DNA of 63,594 bases, filler included, from Candidatus Aminicenantales bacterium (GCA_049512315.1; 4 parts of 4 records of this genome joined end to end with filler, not necessarily neighbours in it); one strand, 5' to 3'. Shown: positions 10,409-21,779, counted from the whole stretch's first letter. The notes: generated by a model from the letters alone, not told the origin. Made by a program: numbers and translations.

Positions 10409-10434
10409 GGGATCGTTCTTGATCTTCAATCAGA

Positions 10435-12609
10435 TTACTTATTCTTAAATCCTATGATCTGGGCATCCTTGAGAAGTCGGACATAATCCAGCATTTCCTC
10501 AAAGGTGAGCGAATCTAGGGCAAAATGGCCCTCGCTCCAGCGTTCCGCTTGAATAGCCTCATAGATCTCGGCAATCGTATTCTGGCCGTCAATATAATTA
10601 AAAACTTCGTGAGTGCTCTTATCATCGAAGAGCTTTTGAAGGCTTAAGCTCTTATACTTTTCAATAAACTTTTCGCCCAGCCTGTCGATGAAAAGGCCGT
10701 AATTTTCGCTGAAACGCGGCAGGCTTTTCGTTGTTGGGGTCAGAACAGGAATAGTCTTTTGCCATTGTGACCTTGACAAGCTTGTCTGCTCCTTCTGGGG
10801 ATTGATGTTAAGACTCTGACATTTCAACTCGTAGTATTTCTTTAGGCTCTTTGAGTAAGAACTGAGACTCTCATCCAATAATCTCTGGTGCTCAGCGAGC
10901 AACAACTTGAGATAGCTTTTCTGACCGAGTAGTTCTTCTAGGGATCGAGCGACCCTTTTTTCTCTCCTCATCCCCCAGTAGAGAAGGCTTTCGCTCTTTG
11001 TAAAGTCCTGGTGGATATTCGCTTTGTCGCTTTCTTCTATCGTCCTTTTAGCCATGTCGAACTCTCTTTCCAGTCGGATTTTTCCCTGGTAGTCAATTTC
11101 ATTGATGAGTCTGGGACCCATTCCGTCCCCGGCTGCGGCGAAGGCATAGGAGATAATCGCCCCGAGGTAAGAGACTCTTCCCAGACTTGTGCGGTCAATG
11201 TAGTCGAGGAAATTGAGTTGGCTGTGCCGGGGGGGGAGGGGTAAATCATAAAAATTAATGGCCGGAATATTCAAGGAATTGGCGTTTTCCTCATCGGAGG
11301 CAACTTGATAGCACGTGCGGTGGACGCAAAATAGGTTCCTGCTTCCCTCGGGCGAGAACAACAGATCCTCATCAGGGCCGTAATGAACAGCGGTCGTGAT
11401 TTTTTCGTTGAAATAGGTCACCAGGTTATTGGTGATGTCTATCATGTAGGTATAAAGGGAAGGAAGAGGAAGAGCGACATGGAAATCGGCCGGAAACTTG
11501 GCTTGGTTTACACCCACGCAATCCACATTGCAGCCGCCTTTGATTTTGCTTATTTTTTCCGGGTGATGGAAAAAGTACATCTCAAGTCCGCACATATGGG
11601 GAACCCACATGAACCGGATTGTTCTCGCGGGTGCTGGAATAATGTTCTTCTCGATGAGCCTGGAGAGAGTCCGGGCTATTTCCAAGAGCACCGCGCAGCC
11701 ACTGGCATTGTCATGGGCACCCGGCTTGGGATGGTCCAGGTGGGCAAAGAAAATGAATTCTTCATCGGGATAGATCGAACCGGGGATTACGGCCGTGGGC
11801 AATTCGAAGACGCCATCCTTGATGACTTCAGCCTCGATCCTTCCAGAAACAACAACTTTTTCTCCTTTCTCCAACAGGCCTTTTAAAAAGAGCCCCTTTG
11901 TCTCAGATAGGTTAAAGCCAAAGGTTGGCTCTTTCGCCCAATCACCCAATGGCCAGATAACGATCCCCCCGATAGCTTCACTTTCCTGAGGAGCTTCCCC
12001 ATGAAAATTGTCATAGTTGATAGTACCCAGAGCTCCAAATTGATGGACTGCAATCTTATGGACTAGATAATGCATGCCATTTTCCGATAAGACGATCTTC
12101 CCTTTGACGTCCTTTCCCTTATAGGCCTCTTCTGAGTCCCCTCGGCCAACAAAGACAATTTCAGCCGTAACATCCGTGGAATGGCTGCCGGGAGCGATTG
12201 TGCCTGCCGTGCTTTCAAAGTCGGAAATGAGCATGGGATAGGGCTTAACCAGTCTCAAATCACCTTGGCGGCAATTCCAAAAAGGTTCATGAGGAGCAAT
12301 ATACTTCCAGGCGCTTTTGTCCTCTTCTTTCTGCAGGTATCTTTCTATCACCGCCGCTTTGAGCCCGTATTGCGCAGCCTTATCGATAACATACTGGGCC
12401 GCAAGATGATGGCCCTTGAAACCGAACTCGCGGTGAAGCGTACTTAGAAACGCGATGTGCTCAAACGCGATGCTTCCCGAAACTTCATGCTGGATCCGTT
12501 TCAGTATTTCTTCATCGAGCACAGGGGGCGTCGATCGTTGGGCGACGAGGCGTAAATTTGAGGCGGGCACCAACAAAAAAAAGAGTAACCAAATCATTCG
12601 CTTTTTCAT
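10435..12609 (-). CDS. M28-type zinc aminopeptidase-like protein with PA domain (DUF4910-like), exported
   Basis: Signal peptide; PA domain (YKGKDVKGKIVL); AHLDHPKPGAHDNASG metal motif; NVDCVG. Confidence 0.82.
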   Translation of the reverse strand: MKKRMIWLLFFLLVPASNLRLVAQRSTPPVLDEEILKRIQHEVSGSIAFEHIAFLSTLHREFGFKGHHLAAQYVIDKAAQYGLKAAVIERYLQKEEDKSAWKYIAPHEPFWNCRQGDLRLVKPYPMLISDFESTAGTIAPGSHSTDVTAEIVFVGRGDSEEAYKGKDVKGKIVLSENGMHYLVHKIAVHQFGALGTINYDNFHGEAPQESEAIGGIVIWPLGDWAKEPTFGFNLSETKGLFLKGLLEKGEKVVVSGRIEAEVIKDGVFELPTAVIPGSIYPDEEFIFFAHLDHPKPGAHDNASGCAVLLEIARTLSRLIEKNIIPAPARTIRFMWVPHMCGLEMYFFHHPEKISKIKGGCNVDCVGVNQAKFPADFHVALPLPSLYTYMIDITNNLVTYFNEKITTAVHYGPDEDLLFSPEGSRNLFCVHRTCYQVASDEENANSLNIPAINFYDLPLPPRHSQLNFLDYIDRTSLGRVSYLGAIISYAFAAAGDGMGPRLINEIDYQGKIRLEREFDMAKRTIEESDKANIHQDFTKSESLLYWGMRREKRVARSLEELLGQKSYLKLLLAEHQRLLDESLSSYSKSLKKYYELKCQSLNINPQKEQTSLSRSQWQKTIPVLTPTTKSLPRFSENYGLFIDRLGEKFIEKYKSLSLQKLFDDKSTHEVFNYIDGQNTIAEIYEAIQAERWSEGHFALDSLTFEEMLDYVRLLKDAQIIGFKNK

Positions 12610-12648
12610 TCGTAAGCTCCTGACTCAATAGATAAATAAACTTGAGAG

Positions 12649-12693
12649 AAGATTAAAATAAAACTTGACAGAAGTCAATAGCAATATTATTAT
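12649..12693. promoter_or_regulatory. Overlapping divergent sigma70 promoters for the regulator (+) and the aminopeptidase (-)
   Basis: + strand TTGACA(12665)-17-TATTAT; - strand TTGACT-17-TAATCT; the two -35 boxes form TTGAC-AGAA-GTCAA. Confidence 0.6.
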
Positions 12694-12741
12694 CTGATAG
12701 TAAATGTTCTCATGGCAGGCGAGAGAAGTTTATCAGGGTAG

Positions 12742-13452
12742 GTGTCGATGAGAAACGGAGCCTCAAAAAATAGAGACTCATTCTTGAGATGTTTTTTCCC
12801 GGTTGTGGATTGCATCGCAGACTTCTTAGGTCCCGGCTGCGAGGTGCTTCTTCATGATATCTTGAACCTGGAGCACTCGATCATCAAGATCAGAAACGGC
12901 CATGTCACCGGCCGAAAAGTGGGGGATTCTCTCACGGATTTGGGTCTGGAGATGATAAAGCGAGGGGACCGAGTGCCTGAAGTCTTAGGAAATTATAATC
13001 CTCGGGCAAAGAATGGGCGGATGCTGAAGTCCAACTCCGCCCATCTTCGAGATATGAAGGGGCGGCTTGTGGGGGCCTTATGCATCAATCTCGATTTAAC
13101 TCAAGTCAAAAAGATGGAGGAGAACCTTCAGCAGATCACGAAATCCATCAAGGATTTTTCTTTTGTCGATAATGAAAAAACAATAAAAGGCAAAGAAGAG
13201 CACTTTGAAAGTGACCTTTGGTCGATGGTTCAAAACATGATCAACGGAGTCATCGAAAAAAAGGCAAAGCCTGTGATTGAGTTCTCCAAAGAAGAGAAGA
13301 TGGAGATCGTCAGACTGTTGAACGAGAAGGGTATTTTTTCTGCCAAGGGAGCTATTTACCATGTTTCGAGCTCACTGGGGCTCTCCTCATCTACGATCTA
13401 TCGATATCTCGAAGAGCTGAAATCCAACCAGAGAGGGAAGAAGATTCTTTAA
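12742..13452 (+). CDS. YheO/DauR-like PAS-HTH transcriptional regulator
   Basis: LGPGCEVLLHD...IRNGHVTGRKVGD...GALCINLD...LNEKGIFSAKGAI...LGLSSSTIYRYL. Confidence 0.92.
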   Translation: MSMRNGASKNRDSFLRCFFPVVDCIADFLGPGCEVLLHDILNLEHSIIKIRNGHVTGRKVGDSLTDLGLEMIKRGDRVPEVLGNYNPRAKNGRMLKSNSAHLRDMKGRLVGALCINLDLTQVKKMEENLQQITKSIKDFSFVDNEKTIKGKEEHFESDLWSMVQNMINGVIEKKAKPVIEFSKEEKMEIVRLLNEKGIFSAKGAIYHVSSSLGLSSSTIYRYLEELKSNQRGKKIL

Positions 13453-13552
13453 TGGATAATTCAGGCATTAAAGGAGTTGAGAATAGGAAACTTTGAAAAT
13501 GTCTCGAGGATGAATGATTTCAGAGAGAAGACAAAACGATAAGGAGGGTGTC

Positions 13553-16252
13553 GTGAAAAACAATTTGAGAGTATTCTTTCTTTTAATTTTCGTAATTCTC
13601 TTCCTGAATTCTGTCATGCCTTCCCAAATTCGGGAGAGCGGGGTCATCCAGGGGAATGTGACTGACAATGAGGGGGCGCCGCTGGCCGGAGTCACGGTAA
13701 CTCTGGAAAGCCCGAGCTACATCGGGGGAGCGCACACCCGGATGACGGATTCCAAAGGGTTTTACCAGTTTCCTTCATTGACGATCGGCGTTTATAAGAT
13801 CACGGTCGAGTTAACCGGGTTCAACAAGATGATCAGAGAGGGTATCCAGGTCCACGCCGGTCTTACCCTGACCGCTGATTTCAAAATGGGCCAGTCCACG
13901 TTGCAGAACGAAATACGAGTTACGGCGACGACGCCGACCGTGGACGTCAAGAGTTCTCAAGCGGCAGCCGTCATCATGACTGACAGCCTCCTGACTTCTA
14001 TTCCTTCCGGAAAAGATTTTAGCATGATCATGAATATGGCCCCGGGTTTGGATTATTACACGGCCTACGGAAGTGGCTATGCTGTCTCTAATCGATATCA
14101 GCTCGACGGGATTGACCTCACCGACCCTCGCTGGGGAGGGATAAGCTCTTTCACCGTTGATTATAATATTATCAAAGAAGCCGCTGTCCAGTCCTTGGGC
14201 CTCCCGGCTGAGTTTGGCCATTTCACTGGGACCGTGATGACCGCCGTGACCAAGTCCGGGTCAAACAGATTCTCCACTCTGGAGGAAATCGTTCATAACG
14301 GCCGAAACTGGTGTAACCAAAACAATAAGAGCATCCCCGTTTCAGAATTGTATGATCCTTCCATGGCGACCACAAAGGCCACGACACCAAATTATTTAGA
14401 CCTGGGCGGCCAGGTTGGCGGAAAGATCATCCAGGACAAGCTCTGGTTTTTCTTATCAGGAGAATATACTAAGTCAACCGCATATCCTTTGGGCACAACG
14501 AAACACACCGTAAATTCGGTCCCGAAGTTTTTCGGCAAGCTCACCTATGAGCTAAACAGCTCAAACAGACTCAATATTGAGGCCAATTATTATGATAACG
14601 AGGGAAGAAACGTGTTTGCTGGCGTTCAATTTCCCGGCCCCGTGGATATGAATAACGTTATGCCAGGAATGTATGGGGCCCTGAGTTGGACTTCTACGAT
14701 TTCGCCGAAAACTTTTTTAGATGCCAAATTCGGTTTCAACTGGGAGAGAAATTCCCAGATTCCAGCCGCGGGTCTTGATGTTTCGTCCCACCTCGATCTC
14801 AGCACATACACGTTTCTAGATAATTGGTACATGTATACGAATGATAGAACTTGGACCTATGATTTTAACGTCCAGCTTTCCCATTATTTATCTGATTTTC
14901 TAGGCTCTCATGACCTCAAGCTGGGAGTACAATGGCTCCATTACAAAGTCCTCTATGACGGCGGCTATCCGGGGAATAAGTGGTACTTTGATTTTGGTGC
15001 GACGCCGCTAGGATATATAGAACAGATGCCTACAAAATACGATGAATACCCCACGCTCATAACAGGTTTTGCCCAGGACTCTTGGAGTGTCATGAAGAGG
15101 TTGACCCTCAACCTTGGCCTTCGTTATGATCACTACTTCTACAATATTCCTGCGCCGAACCGGGGTGGGGTTTACACTAACTGGGCTCTCTCACCGCGGC
15201 TCGGTTTGACCTACGATTTGTTGGGGGACAGGAAAAATATCCTTAAATTCCACTATGGCGTGTACCACGAAACCCTGCAGGCGAACATGATGGCTAATTT
15301 TGAAACAAGGTTCCCTGATACATCCAATTACACGTGGGATGGGACACAGTATGTGTTTAGTTACAGTAGTTCAACTTACGTAGCGCCTGTTACGAGTCAA
15401 TCAAATATCTCTCATCCGTGGACGCAGGAAATCATCGCCGGCTTTGAAAGGGAGCTTTTCCGCGACGCCTCCTTGAGCATCAGCTTTTATGACCGGACGA
15501 TAGGCAAGGCCTTCGGTATGTTCAATACAGCGGCCCAGTATGCTCCGACGACCATCACCAACCCGGGTCCTGACAATATTGTCGGCACGGCCGATGATTT
15601 AGGTCCCATGACAGTCTATTATGTTACCAATCCCGGTGTAACTCAATTGGGATTCCTTAATCCTACGGCGGGCAATCCTTCCTGGTTGACGACTAATCTG
15701 AAGTGGTACGCAAGAGGGCTTGAGTTTGTCTTTATCAAGAGATTCTCTCACCGCTGGCAGATGATCGCTTCTTACAATTACGTCCGGAGCAAGTGTAATG
15801 CGGGTGGGGGTGGAGTGATTTTCTTCCTTCAGTCTCCCAATGACCTCGTCAACAATTATGGAGAAACGTCGTATCCCCAGCCGCACCAGTTCAAACTTCA
15901 GGCAAATTACATTCTTCCTCTTGGCATCAGCCTGGGTGCCTACGGTCTACTGCAGTCCGGCGGTCCCTTCGTTCCAAGTTTCAGCACAGGTTTGCAAGAT
16001 AATAATTATTATACTTTTATTGGAGTGCCACCCGGACAGTTGCACTCGGCATGGTCAAAACAAATTGACCTCAAACTGGAAAAGATATTCGGTTTAAAGA
16101 ATGGTATGCACGTTAATGTCATGTTGGATATTTACAATCTCACAAACGAGTACGGAGACAGCAGAGATTCTTATTATGGATCCTCTTACCGTCTACTCTG
16201 GTCTCTTTCCAATCCCCGCACGTTTAGGATCGGCGTCCGCATCATATACTGA
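13553..16252 (+). CDS. TonB-dependent receptor (Oar-like) with N-terminal carboxypeptidase-regulatory-like domain
   Basis: GTG after AAGGAGG; IQGNVTDNEGAPLAGVTVT, plug GLPAEFG...TKSGSN, LTLNLGLRYD, PRLGLTYD; aromatic C-terminal residue. Confidence 0.9.
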   Translation: MKNNLRVFFLLIFVILFLNSVMPSQIRESGVIQGNVTDNEGAPLAGVTVTLESPSYIGGAHTRMTDSKGFYQFPSLTIGVYKITVELTGFNKMIREGIQVHAGLTLTADFKMGQSTLQNEIRVTATTPTVDVKSSQAAAVIMTDSLLTSIPSGKDFSMIMNMAPGLDYYTAYGSGYAVSNRYQLDGIDLTDPRWGGISSFTVDYNIIKEAAVQSLGLPAEFGHFTGTVMTAVTKSGSNRFSTLEEIVHNGRNWCNQNNKSIPVSELYDPSMATTKATTPNYLDLGGQVGGKIIQDKLWFFLSGEYTKSTAYPLGTTKHTVNSVPKFFGKLTYELNSSNRLNIEANYYDNEGRNVFAGVQFPGPVDMNNVMPGMYGALSWTSTISPKTFLDAKFGFNWERNSQIPAAGLDVSSHLDLSTYTFLDNWYMYTNDRTWTYDFNVQLSHYLSDFLGSHDLKLGVQWLHYKVLYDGGYPGNKWYFDFGATPLGYIEQMPTKYDEYPTLITGFAQDSWSVMKRLTLNLGLRYDHYFYNIPAPNRGGVYTNWALSPRLGLTYDLLGDRKNILKFHYGVYHETLQANMMANFETRFPDTSNYTWDGTQYVFSYSSSTYVAPVTSQSNISHPWTQEIIAGFERELFRDASLSISFYDRTIGKAFGMFNTAAQYAPTTITNPGPDNIVGTADDLGPMTVYYVTNPGVTQLGFLNPTAGNPSWLTTNLKWYARGLEFVFIKRFSHRWQMIASYNYVRSKCNAGGGGVIFFLQSPNDLVNNYGETSYPQPHQFKLQANYILPLGISLGAYGLLQSGGPFVPSFSTGLQDNNYYTFIGVPPGQLHSAWSKQIDLKLEKIFGLKNGMHVNVMLDIYNLTNEYGDSRDSYYGSSYRLLWSLSNPRTFRIGVRIIY

Positions 16253-16261
16253 GTATGAAGC

Positions 16262-16300
16262 AAAGGGAGAGGAGAAGGTTACCTCTCCTCTCCCTTTTTT
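16262..16300 (+). terminator. Rho-independent terminator
   Basis: AAAGGGAGAGGAG-loop-CTCCTCTCCCTTTTTT. Confidence 0.85.
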
Positions 16301-16472
16301 CAATTTTAACACGGTAAACAAGTTTTGATCACTGGGGAGCTCCTTGCGAGAGTCAGCCTTACCGACAATTGAGGATTTCCCAACTCTTCAATGAGTTTCG
16401 TGACGCGCTAATAATATAAAATAAGAATATTTACGAGCCCAAAATGAGAATCAAAGAAGGAGGTTAACGGGA

Positions 16473-18110
16473 ATGACCGAGGGGAGATTCCGTTTGAGAA
16501 GACGAATTCTAGCTTTCAGCTTTGCTCTGATGCTTTTGGTTTTTGGGCTAGCTCTGGCCGAGGATAAAGCCGATCTGGCTGCTATCTACAAGATCAAGGA
16601 CGAAGGACTGAACCGGTCCCAGGTGATGGAGATTCTGAGTTACTTGACTGACGTCTATGGCCCCCGGCTGGCCGGATCGCCCAACAAACGAAAGGCCGGC
16701 GAATGGATCCAACAAGAATTCAAGGAATGGGGACTCCAAAACATACACGCCGAGAAGTATGACTTTGGACGGAGCTGGGAGCTGAAGAGATTTCAGGCCC
16801 ATATGGTCGAGCCGACTTATTCACCGCTTATCGCTTACCCCAAGGCCTGGACCCCGGGGACCAACGGGCTCGTCCGTGGTGAAGCCGTTCGTGTGGACAT
16901 CAACTCCGAGGCCGATATCGAGAAATACCGAGGCAAGCTCAAGGGGATGTTCGTCCTAACCCAACCGGCGCGCGAAGTGGAGGCACATTTCAATGCTGAT
17001 GCAAAGAGATACACCGATGAAGAGCTAGCGAATATCGCTCGCATGCCTGAGCCTCGACGGATGAGGCTATGGCCTGGGCTTCTCTCTCCCAGGGAGTATC
17101 GGAATCTTATGAAGAAAATGAACGAGTTCTATGTTTCCGAAGGGGTGGCTGCACTGCTCGATCCTAGTTACGGAGAAGACGGAACGATCTTCGTCCAGAG
17201 CGGCGGCAACCAAGCCAAAGATGCCCAGCCAGTTGCTCCACAGGTCACGTTGGCGGTGGAACAGTACAATCGAATCTGCCGCATCCTGGACAAGAAGATC
17301 AAAGTCATGCTGGAGATGGAGATACAGGCAGATTTCCTTAGTCAGGATACGAACGACTTCAACATCCTGGCCGAACTCCCCGGCACCGACAAGAAGGACG
17401 AACTGGTCATGCTCGGCGGGCATCTTGATTCTTGGCATGCGGGTACCGGAGCCACCGATAATGCGGCCGGCTGCGCCGTCGCCATGGAAGCCGTGCGCAT
17501 TCTGAAGGCGGCCGGGCTGAAGCCACGACGAACCGTTCGTATCGCCCTTTGGGGGGGCGAGGAGGAAGGGATGTTGGGGTCCGGGGCCTTTGTGAGCGAA
17601 CACTTCGCCTCTCGTCCTTCTCCTCCTTCTAACCTGAAGCCCGGTAGCGAGGAATACATAAAGTGGCTGCATGCTAATGCGGAGGTGCCACCCACTCTAA
17701 AGCCGGATTATACCAAGTTATCCGCTTATTGGAACTACGACAATGGCACCGGCAAGATTCGTGGCATTTATCTCCAGGGCAATGAGGAGGTCAGGCCGAT
17801 CTTCGAGGCCTGGCTGGCACCGTTTAAGGATATGGGCGCGACAACTCTGACCATAAGGGATACCGGGGGCACCGATCACCTGTCCTTCGACGACGTCGGG
17901 TTGCCTGGATTTCAATTCATTCAGGATGAAATCGATTATGACGCCCGAACTCACCACTCCAACATGGATGTCTATGATCGCATCCAGAGCTATGACATTA
18001 TGCAATCGGCTGTGATTATGGCCTCATTCGTTTATCACACGGCGATGCGAAACGAGATGCTGCCCCGTAAGCCATTGCCTGTTGTCTCCGCTTCAGCCCC
18101 AAAGAAGTAG
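16473..18110 (+). CDS. M28-family peptidase (carboxypeptidase Q-like), exported
   Basis: LTDVYGPRLAGS, GGHLDSWHAGTGATDNAAG, GEEEG, GGTDHLSF, THHSNMD. Confidence 0.92.
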   Translation: MTEGRFRLRRRILAFSFALMLLVFGLALAEDKADLAAIYKIKDEGLNRSQVMEILSYLTDVYGPRLAGSPNKRKAGEWIQQEFKEWGLQNIHAEKYDFGRSWELKRFQAHMVEPTYSPLIAYPKAWTPGTNGLVRGEAVRVDINSEADIEKYRGKLKGMFVLTQPAREVEAHFNADAKRYTDEELANIARMPEPRRMRLWPGLLSPREYRNLMKKMNEFYVSEGVAALLDPSYGEDGTIFVQSGGNQAKDAQPVAPQVTLAVEQYNRICRILDKKIKVMLEMEIQADFLSQDTNDFNILAELPGTDKKDELVMLGGHLDSWHAGTGATDNAAGCAVAMEAVRILKAAGLKPRRTVRIALWGGEEEGMLGSGAFVSEHFASRPSPPSNLKPGSEEYIKWLHANAEVPPTLKPDYTKLSAYWNYDNGTGKIRGIYLQGNEEVRPIFEAWLAPFKDMGATTLTIRDTGGTDHLSFDDVGLPGFQFIQDEIDYDARTHHSNMDVYDRIQSYDIMQSAVIMASFVYHTAMRNEMLPRKPLPVVSASAPKK

Positions 18111-18281
18111 GTGACCCAGCAAGTGACATATCCCGATTGCTGGGAGGGATTAGGAGACGAACGTCATCTTTCTGGGGACTTTCTTTGAGGAGAAGATTTA
18201 GTCAAAGCGATAGCTTCCAAGGCTCGATTTAGAACGGCGATTGGACTTAAGACGAAAACGTAAGATCAGAGGAGGACGTTC

Positions 18282-20167
18282 ATGAAACGATTATTCTCCG
18301 TCATCCTGGTTCTTTGTCTGACCGTGCTGGCCTTCCCCCAGGATAAACCCAAGCAAGAAACCCCCGCGGCCAAGCCCGCCGAGGGCGAACCCAAGCCTTA
18401 TGATCAGGTCGTCACGGCGGACTTCAAAACGCAGTCCGGTCTCTTCAAAGTCCACGTGGGGAAGGGGAAAGCCCTCTTCGAGATCCCGAAGGCCGAACTG
18501 GGAAAGGACCTCCTCCTCGTCGTCGAGATCAAGAAAAGCCCGAGCGACGTGAGCTATCCGGGCCGGTCGGTCGTCGACCTGGTCGTCCGCTGGGATCAGC
18601 GCGAGAACAAAGTCCTCCTGCGGGCCATATCCTACTCCAATATCGCCGATCCGAATGACCCCATCAAGGCGGCGGTGGACGCCATGGAGACCCCGACGAT
18701 CATGATGGCTTTCCCGGTCGAAGCCTTCGCCGCGGACGGAGCTCCGGTCATCGATGCGACGAAGTTCTTTACGGGCGACGTCAATGAAATCCCGGTGAAG
18801 AAGGCCCTCGGTGGCATGACCATCGACCCCTCCCGTACGTTCCTCGACAAGGTCAAGGTCTTCCCGATCAACCTCAATGCCGAAGCCACTCAAACCTTCA
18901 ACCCCAAGCCGCCCCAGCTCCCGCCGGGCTTCCCGCCGCAGTACGCCGATTATCTGCCACCCACGCCCAGCCCGACGGCCGTCGTCCATTACTCGTTCGT
19001 GAAGCTCCCGGAAAAGCCCATGATGGGCCGTCTGGAGGACGAGCGGGTGGGATACTTCACCCACAGCCACACCAACTACAGCCGCACCGTCCACGAGGTC
19101 AAGACCACGGCCTTTATCGCCCGCTGGCGCCTGGAAAAGAAGGACCCCTCGGCAGCCAAGAGCGAGCCCGTGAAGCCGATCATCTTTTACGTGGACCCCG
19201 CGACGCCCAAGAAATGGGTCCCTTATATTAAAAAGGGCATTGAGGCCTGGCAGCCCGCCTTCGAAGCCGCCGGCTTCATCAAGGCCATTCAGGCCAGGGA
19301 GGCGCCGACGCCTGAGCAGGATCCGGACTGGAGCGCCGATGACGCCCGCTATTCCGTGGTCCGCTGGGTGCCTTCGACCGTGGCCAACGCCATGGGGCCC
19401 CACGTCTCCGACCCACGGAGCGGCGAGATCCTCGACGCCGATATCGAGGTCTACCACAACGTCCAGCAGCTGGCCCGCGATTGGTACTGGGTCCAGGTCG
19501 GGCCTCTCGACCCGCGCTGCAGGACTCTTCCCTTGCCCGACGAGCTCATGGGCAAGATCCTGGTCTTTATCGTCACCCACGAGGTCGGACACTCACTCGG
19601 GCTGCCTCACAATTTCAAAGCCAGCGCCACCTACCCCATCGAGAAGATCCGGGACAAGAACTGGGTGAAGAAATACGGTCACGTCTCGACTCTCATGGAC
19701 TACTCCCGTTTCAATTACGTCGCCCAGCCCGAAGACGGGATCGACCCGGATGACCTGATTCCCAAGCTCGGTCCCTATGACATTTTCTCCATCAAATGGG
19801 GTTATACGCCGATCCCTGGAGCCAAAACCCCTGAAAATGAAAAGCCGGCCTTGAACGAGATGTGCAAGGGGCAGGAGACGACGCCCTGGCTGAGGTTCAG
19901 TACGGCCGGCTCTGATGACACCGACCCCGGAGAGGAGACCGAGGCCGTGGGCGACATCGATGCCGTCAAAGCTACCGAACTCGGCATCGGGAACCTCAAG
20001 CGGGTCGTGAACATGCTCGAGGGGGCCGTCCTCAAGGCCGGTGAAAATTACGACGAGTTCGGCCACATGTACTCGGCGATCTGGGACCAGCTGCGCCTCG
20101 AAGCCGGGCACGTGGCCAACATCATCGGCGGTTACGATAGCGAGCCCAAGGTCGGGCTGGCGCCCGG
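18282..20167 (+). CDS. Zinc-dependent metalloprotease (DUF5117/EcxA-like metzincin), truncated by contig end
   Basis: Signal peptide; DERVGYF, RWRLEKKDP, DPRSGEI, HEVGHSLGLPHN, TLMDY Met-turn. Confidence 0.9.
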
Positions 20168-20267
20168 NNNNNNNNNNNNNNNNNNNNNNNNNNNNNNNNN
20201 NNNNNNNNNNNTTAATTAATTAANNNNNNNNNNNNNNNNNNNNNNNNNNNNNNNNNNNNNNNNNNNN
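20168..20267. other. Artificial contig linker
   Basis: N44-TTAATTAATTAA-N44, giving stops in six frames. Confidence 0.98.
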
Positions 20268-21010
20268 AGCCCATAGAGCGGGCTTCCCTGGATGATGATC
20301 CCGGCACCGATTCCGTAGCCGACGTTGATCATGATGAAGTTCCGGAAATCCCGGCCGGCGCCGTACCACATCTCCCCCAAAGACATGACGCGGGTGACAT
20401 TATCAAAGACGACGGGGATATCGACGTCCCGGGCAAGCGCGGCCCGCACATCGACATTGTGCCAATGGAAATCGGGCGAGAACTCGACGATATTCCGCTC
20501 GCGGTTGATTAGGCCCGCGATGGCAATGCCGATCCCGCAAATCCCATCGCAAGCCCCGGCCTCTTTCGACCCGAGGTGGTCCCGAAGTTCGGCGATTATG
20601 CCCGACGTCCTTTCTATGACTCGATTGAAGCCTTCTTCGACCTGAGTCGGCCGCTTGATCTCGGCGATGACCTTGGCATCGAGGTCGGTCAAGACCCCGT
20701 AGATGTTGGTCGTGCCCAGGTCGATGCCGATGATGAAGCTGTTCACTCCGGAGAACTTGATGAGCGTCGGCTTTCGGCCCCCCCTGGATTCACCGGCCCC
20801 GATCTCTTTCGCCAACCCTTCGTTGATGAGCCTCTCGACGATCCGGGAGATGGTCGGCGCGCTCAACCCGCTGATCTTGGCCAGCTCCGCTCTTGAAACT
20901 CCATTACTGTCGCGGATCAGGTTGATGATCTTGACCTTGTTGATTTCGCTGATGAACTTGGCGTTGCCGGCCTTGAATTGCACTTTCCTATGGACCCCTT
21001 CATCCATCAT
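20268..21010 (-). CDS. ROK-family transcriptional regulator (NagC/XylR-like), 3'-truncated by contig end
   Basis: HTH SRAELAKISGLSAPTIS; GGRKP; GIDLG; NVGYGIGAGIII. Confidence 0.92.
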
Positions 21011-21037
21011 TTGGTTGGCAAGCCTTTCTTGTGAGCA

Positions 21038-21056
21038 TTATTTCATTGTGTAATAA
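21038..21056. promoter_or_regulatory. Possible ROK autoregulatory operator
   Basis: TTATT-N9-AATAA palindrome just upstream of the ROK gene. Confidence 0.4.
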
Positions 21057-21417
21057 AGTAATGTCTCTAAGAGTCGAAAGTCAAGAGGTTCTTCCACGAT
21101 TCTTTTTCCATGCCAGCAAGTCATGAAAAATCTCACTTTAGGGGTGGTACATTGAGCAGGAGCAGATTAGGTGAAGGTCCTGGAAATGTTTCCGGTGTAT
21201 ATGTTCATACACCTCTCCTATATAAAAAACTCTTGTCCAACACCCGAACCCTCTGGGCCCGCCCCAGACCACCGAAATAGAGGAGAGGAGTATGATCGAC
21301 GGATTAATGGAGCCCGTGCTTCTTCCCTTTATTCGACTCTCGTCTCCGTCGCGGGGGACCTCCTCCATGGGACGAACCGGGAACTCTTGAAGAATCCCTT
21401 GCCTCCGAATGGAAAAA

Positions 21418-21512
21418 CCCGCTAACGACATACTCTTCCACTCAGCTGCCCGAGCAGTGCCATCGGCACCGGCGGGCTTAACTTCCGGGTTCGGAATGGA
21501 AACGAGTATTTC
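21418..21512 (-). rRNA. rrf: Truncated, degenerate 5S rRNA (pseudogene)
   Basis: - strand GAAATACTCGTTTCCATTCCGAACCCGGAAGTTAAGCCCGCCGGTGCCGATGGCACTGC...GGAAGAGTATGTCG follows the 5S consensus; about 20 nt of the 5' end missing; no 16S/23S nearby. Confidence 0.8.
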
Positions 21513-21779
21513 AATCATCTAATCACTGCGGCCGTCTTCGATCTTGCGGTCCATTCCCGCGATCGCAAGCTGACCATGCAGGACGAACGGCCGGAGCATT
21601 TTCGTCCTCGGTGTGAAACCGATCAAAGATCGTTGCTGATCAGCGAGATCCCCCCGGGGAATTCTTTGGTGATTCAACGAAGCTCTATCTCGAAATTTTT
21701 GAAACCAAGACGGAGGGCCGGCGAGTATCCCCGCTAATAGCCAATTTCAGTCCAACAGACAGATGGAGGCTTGAATGCT

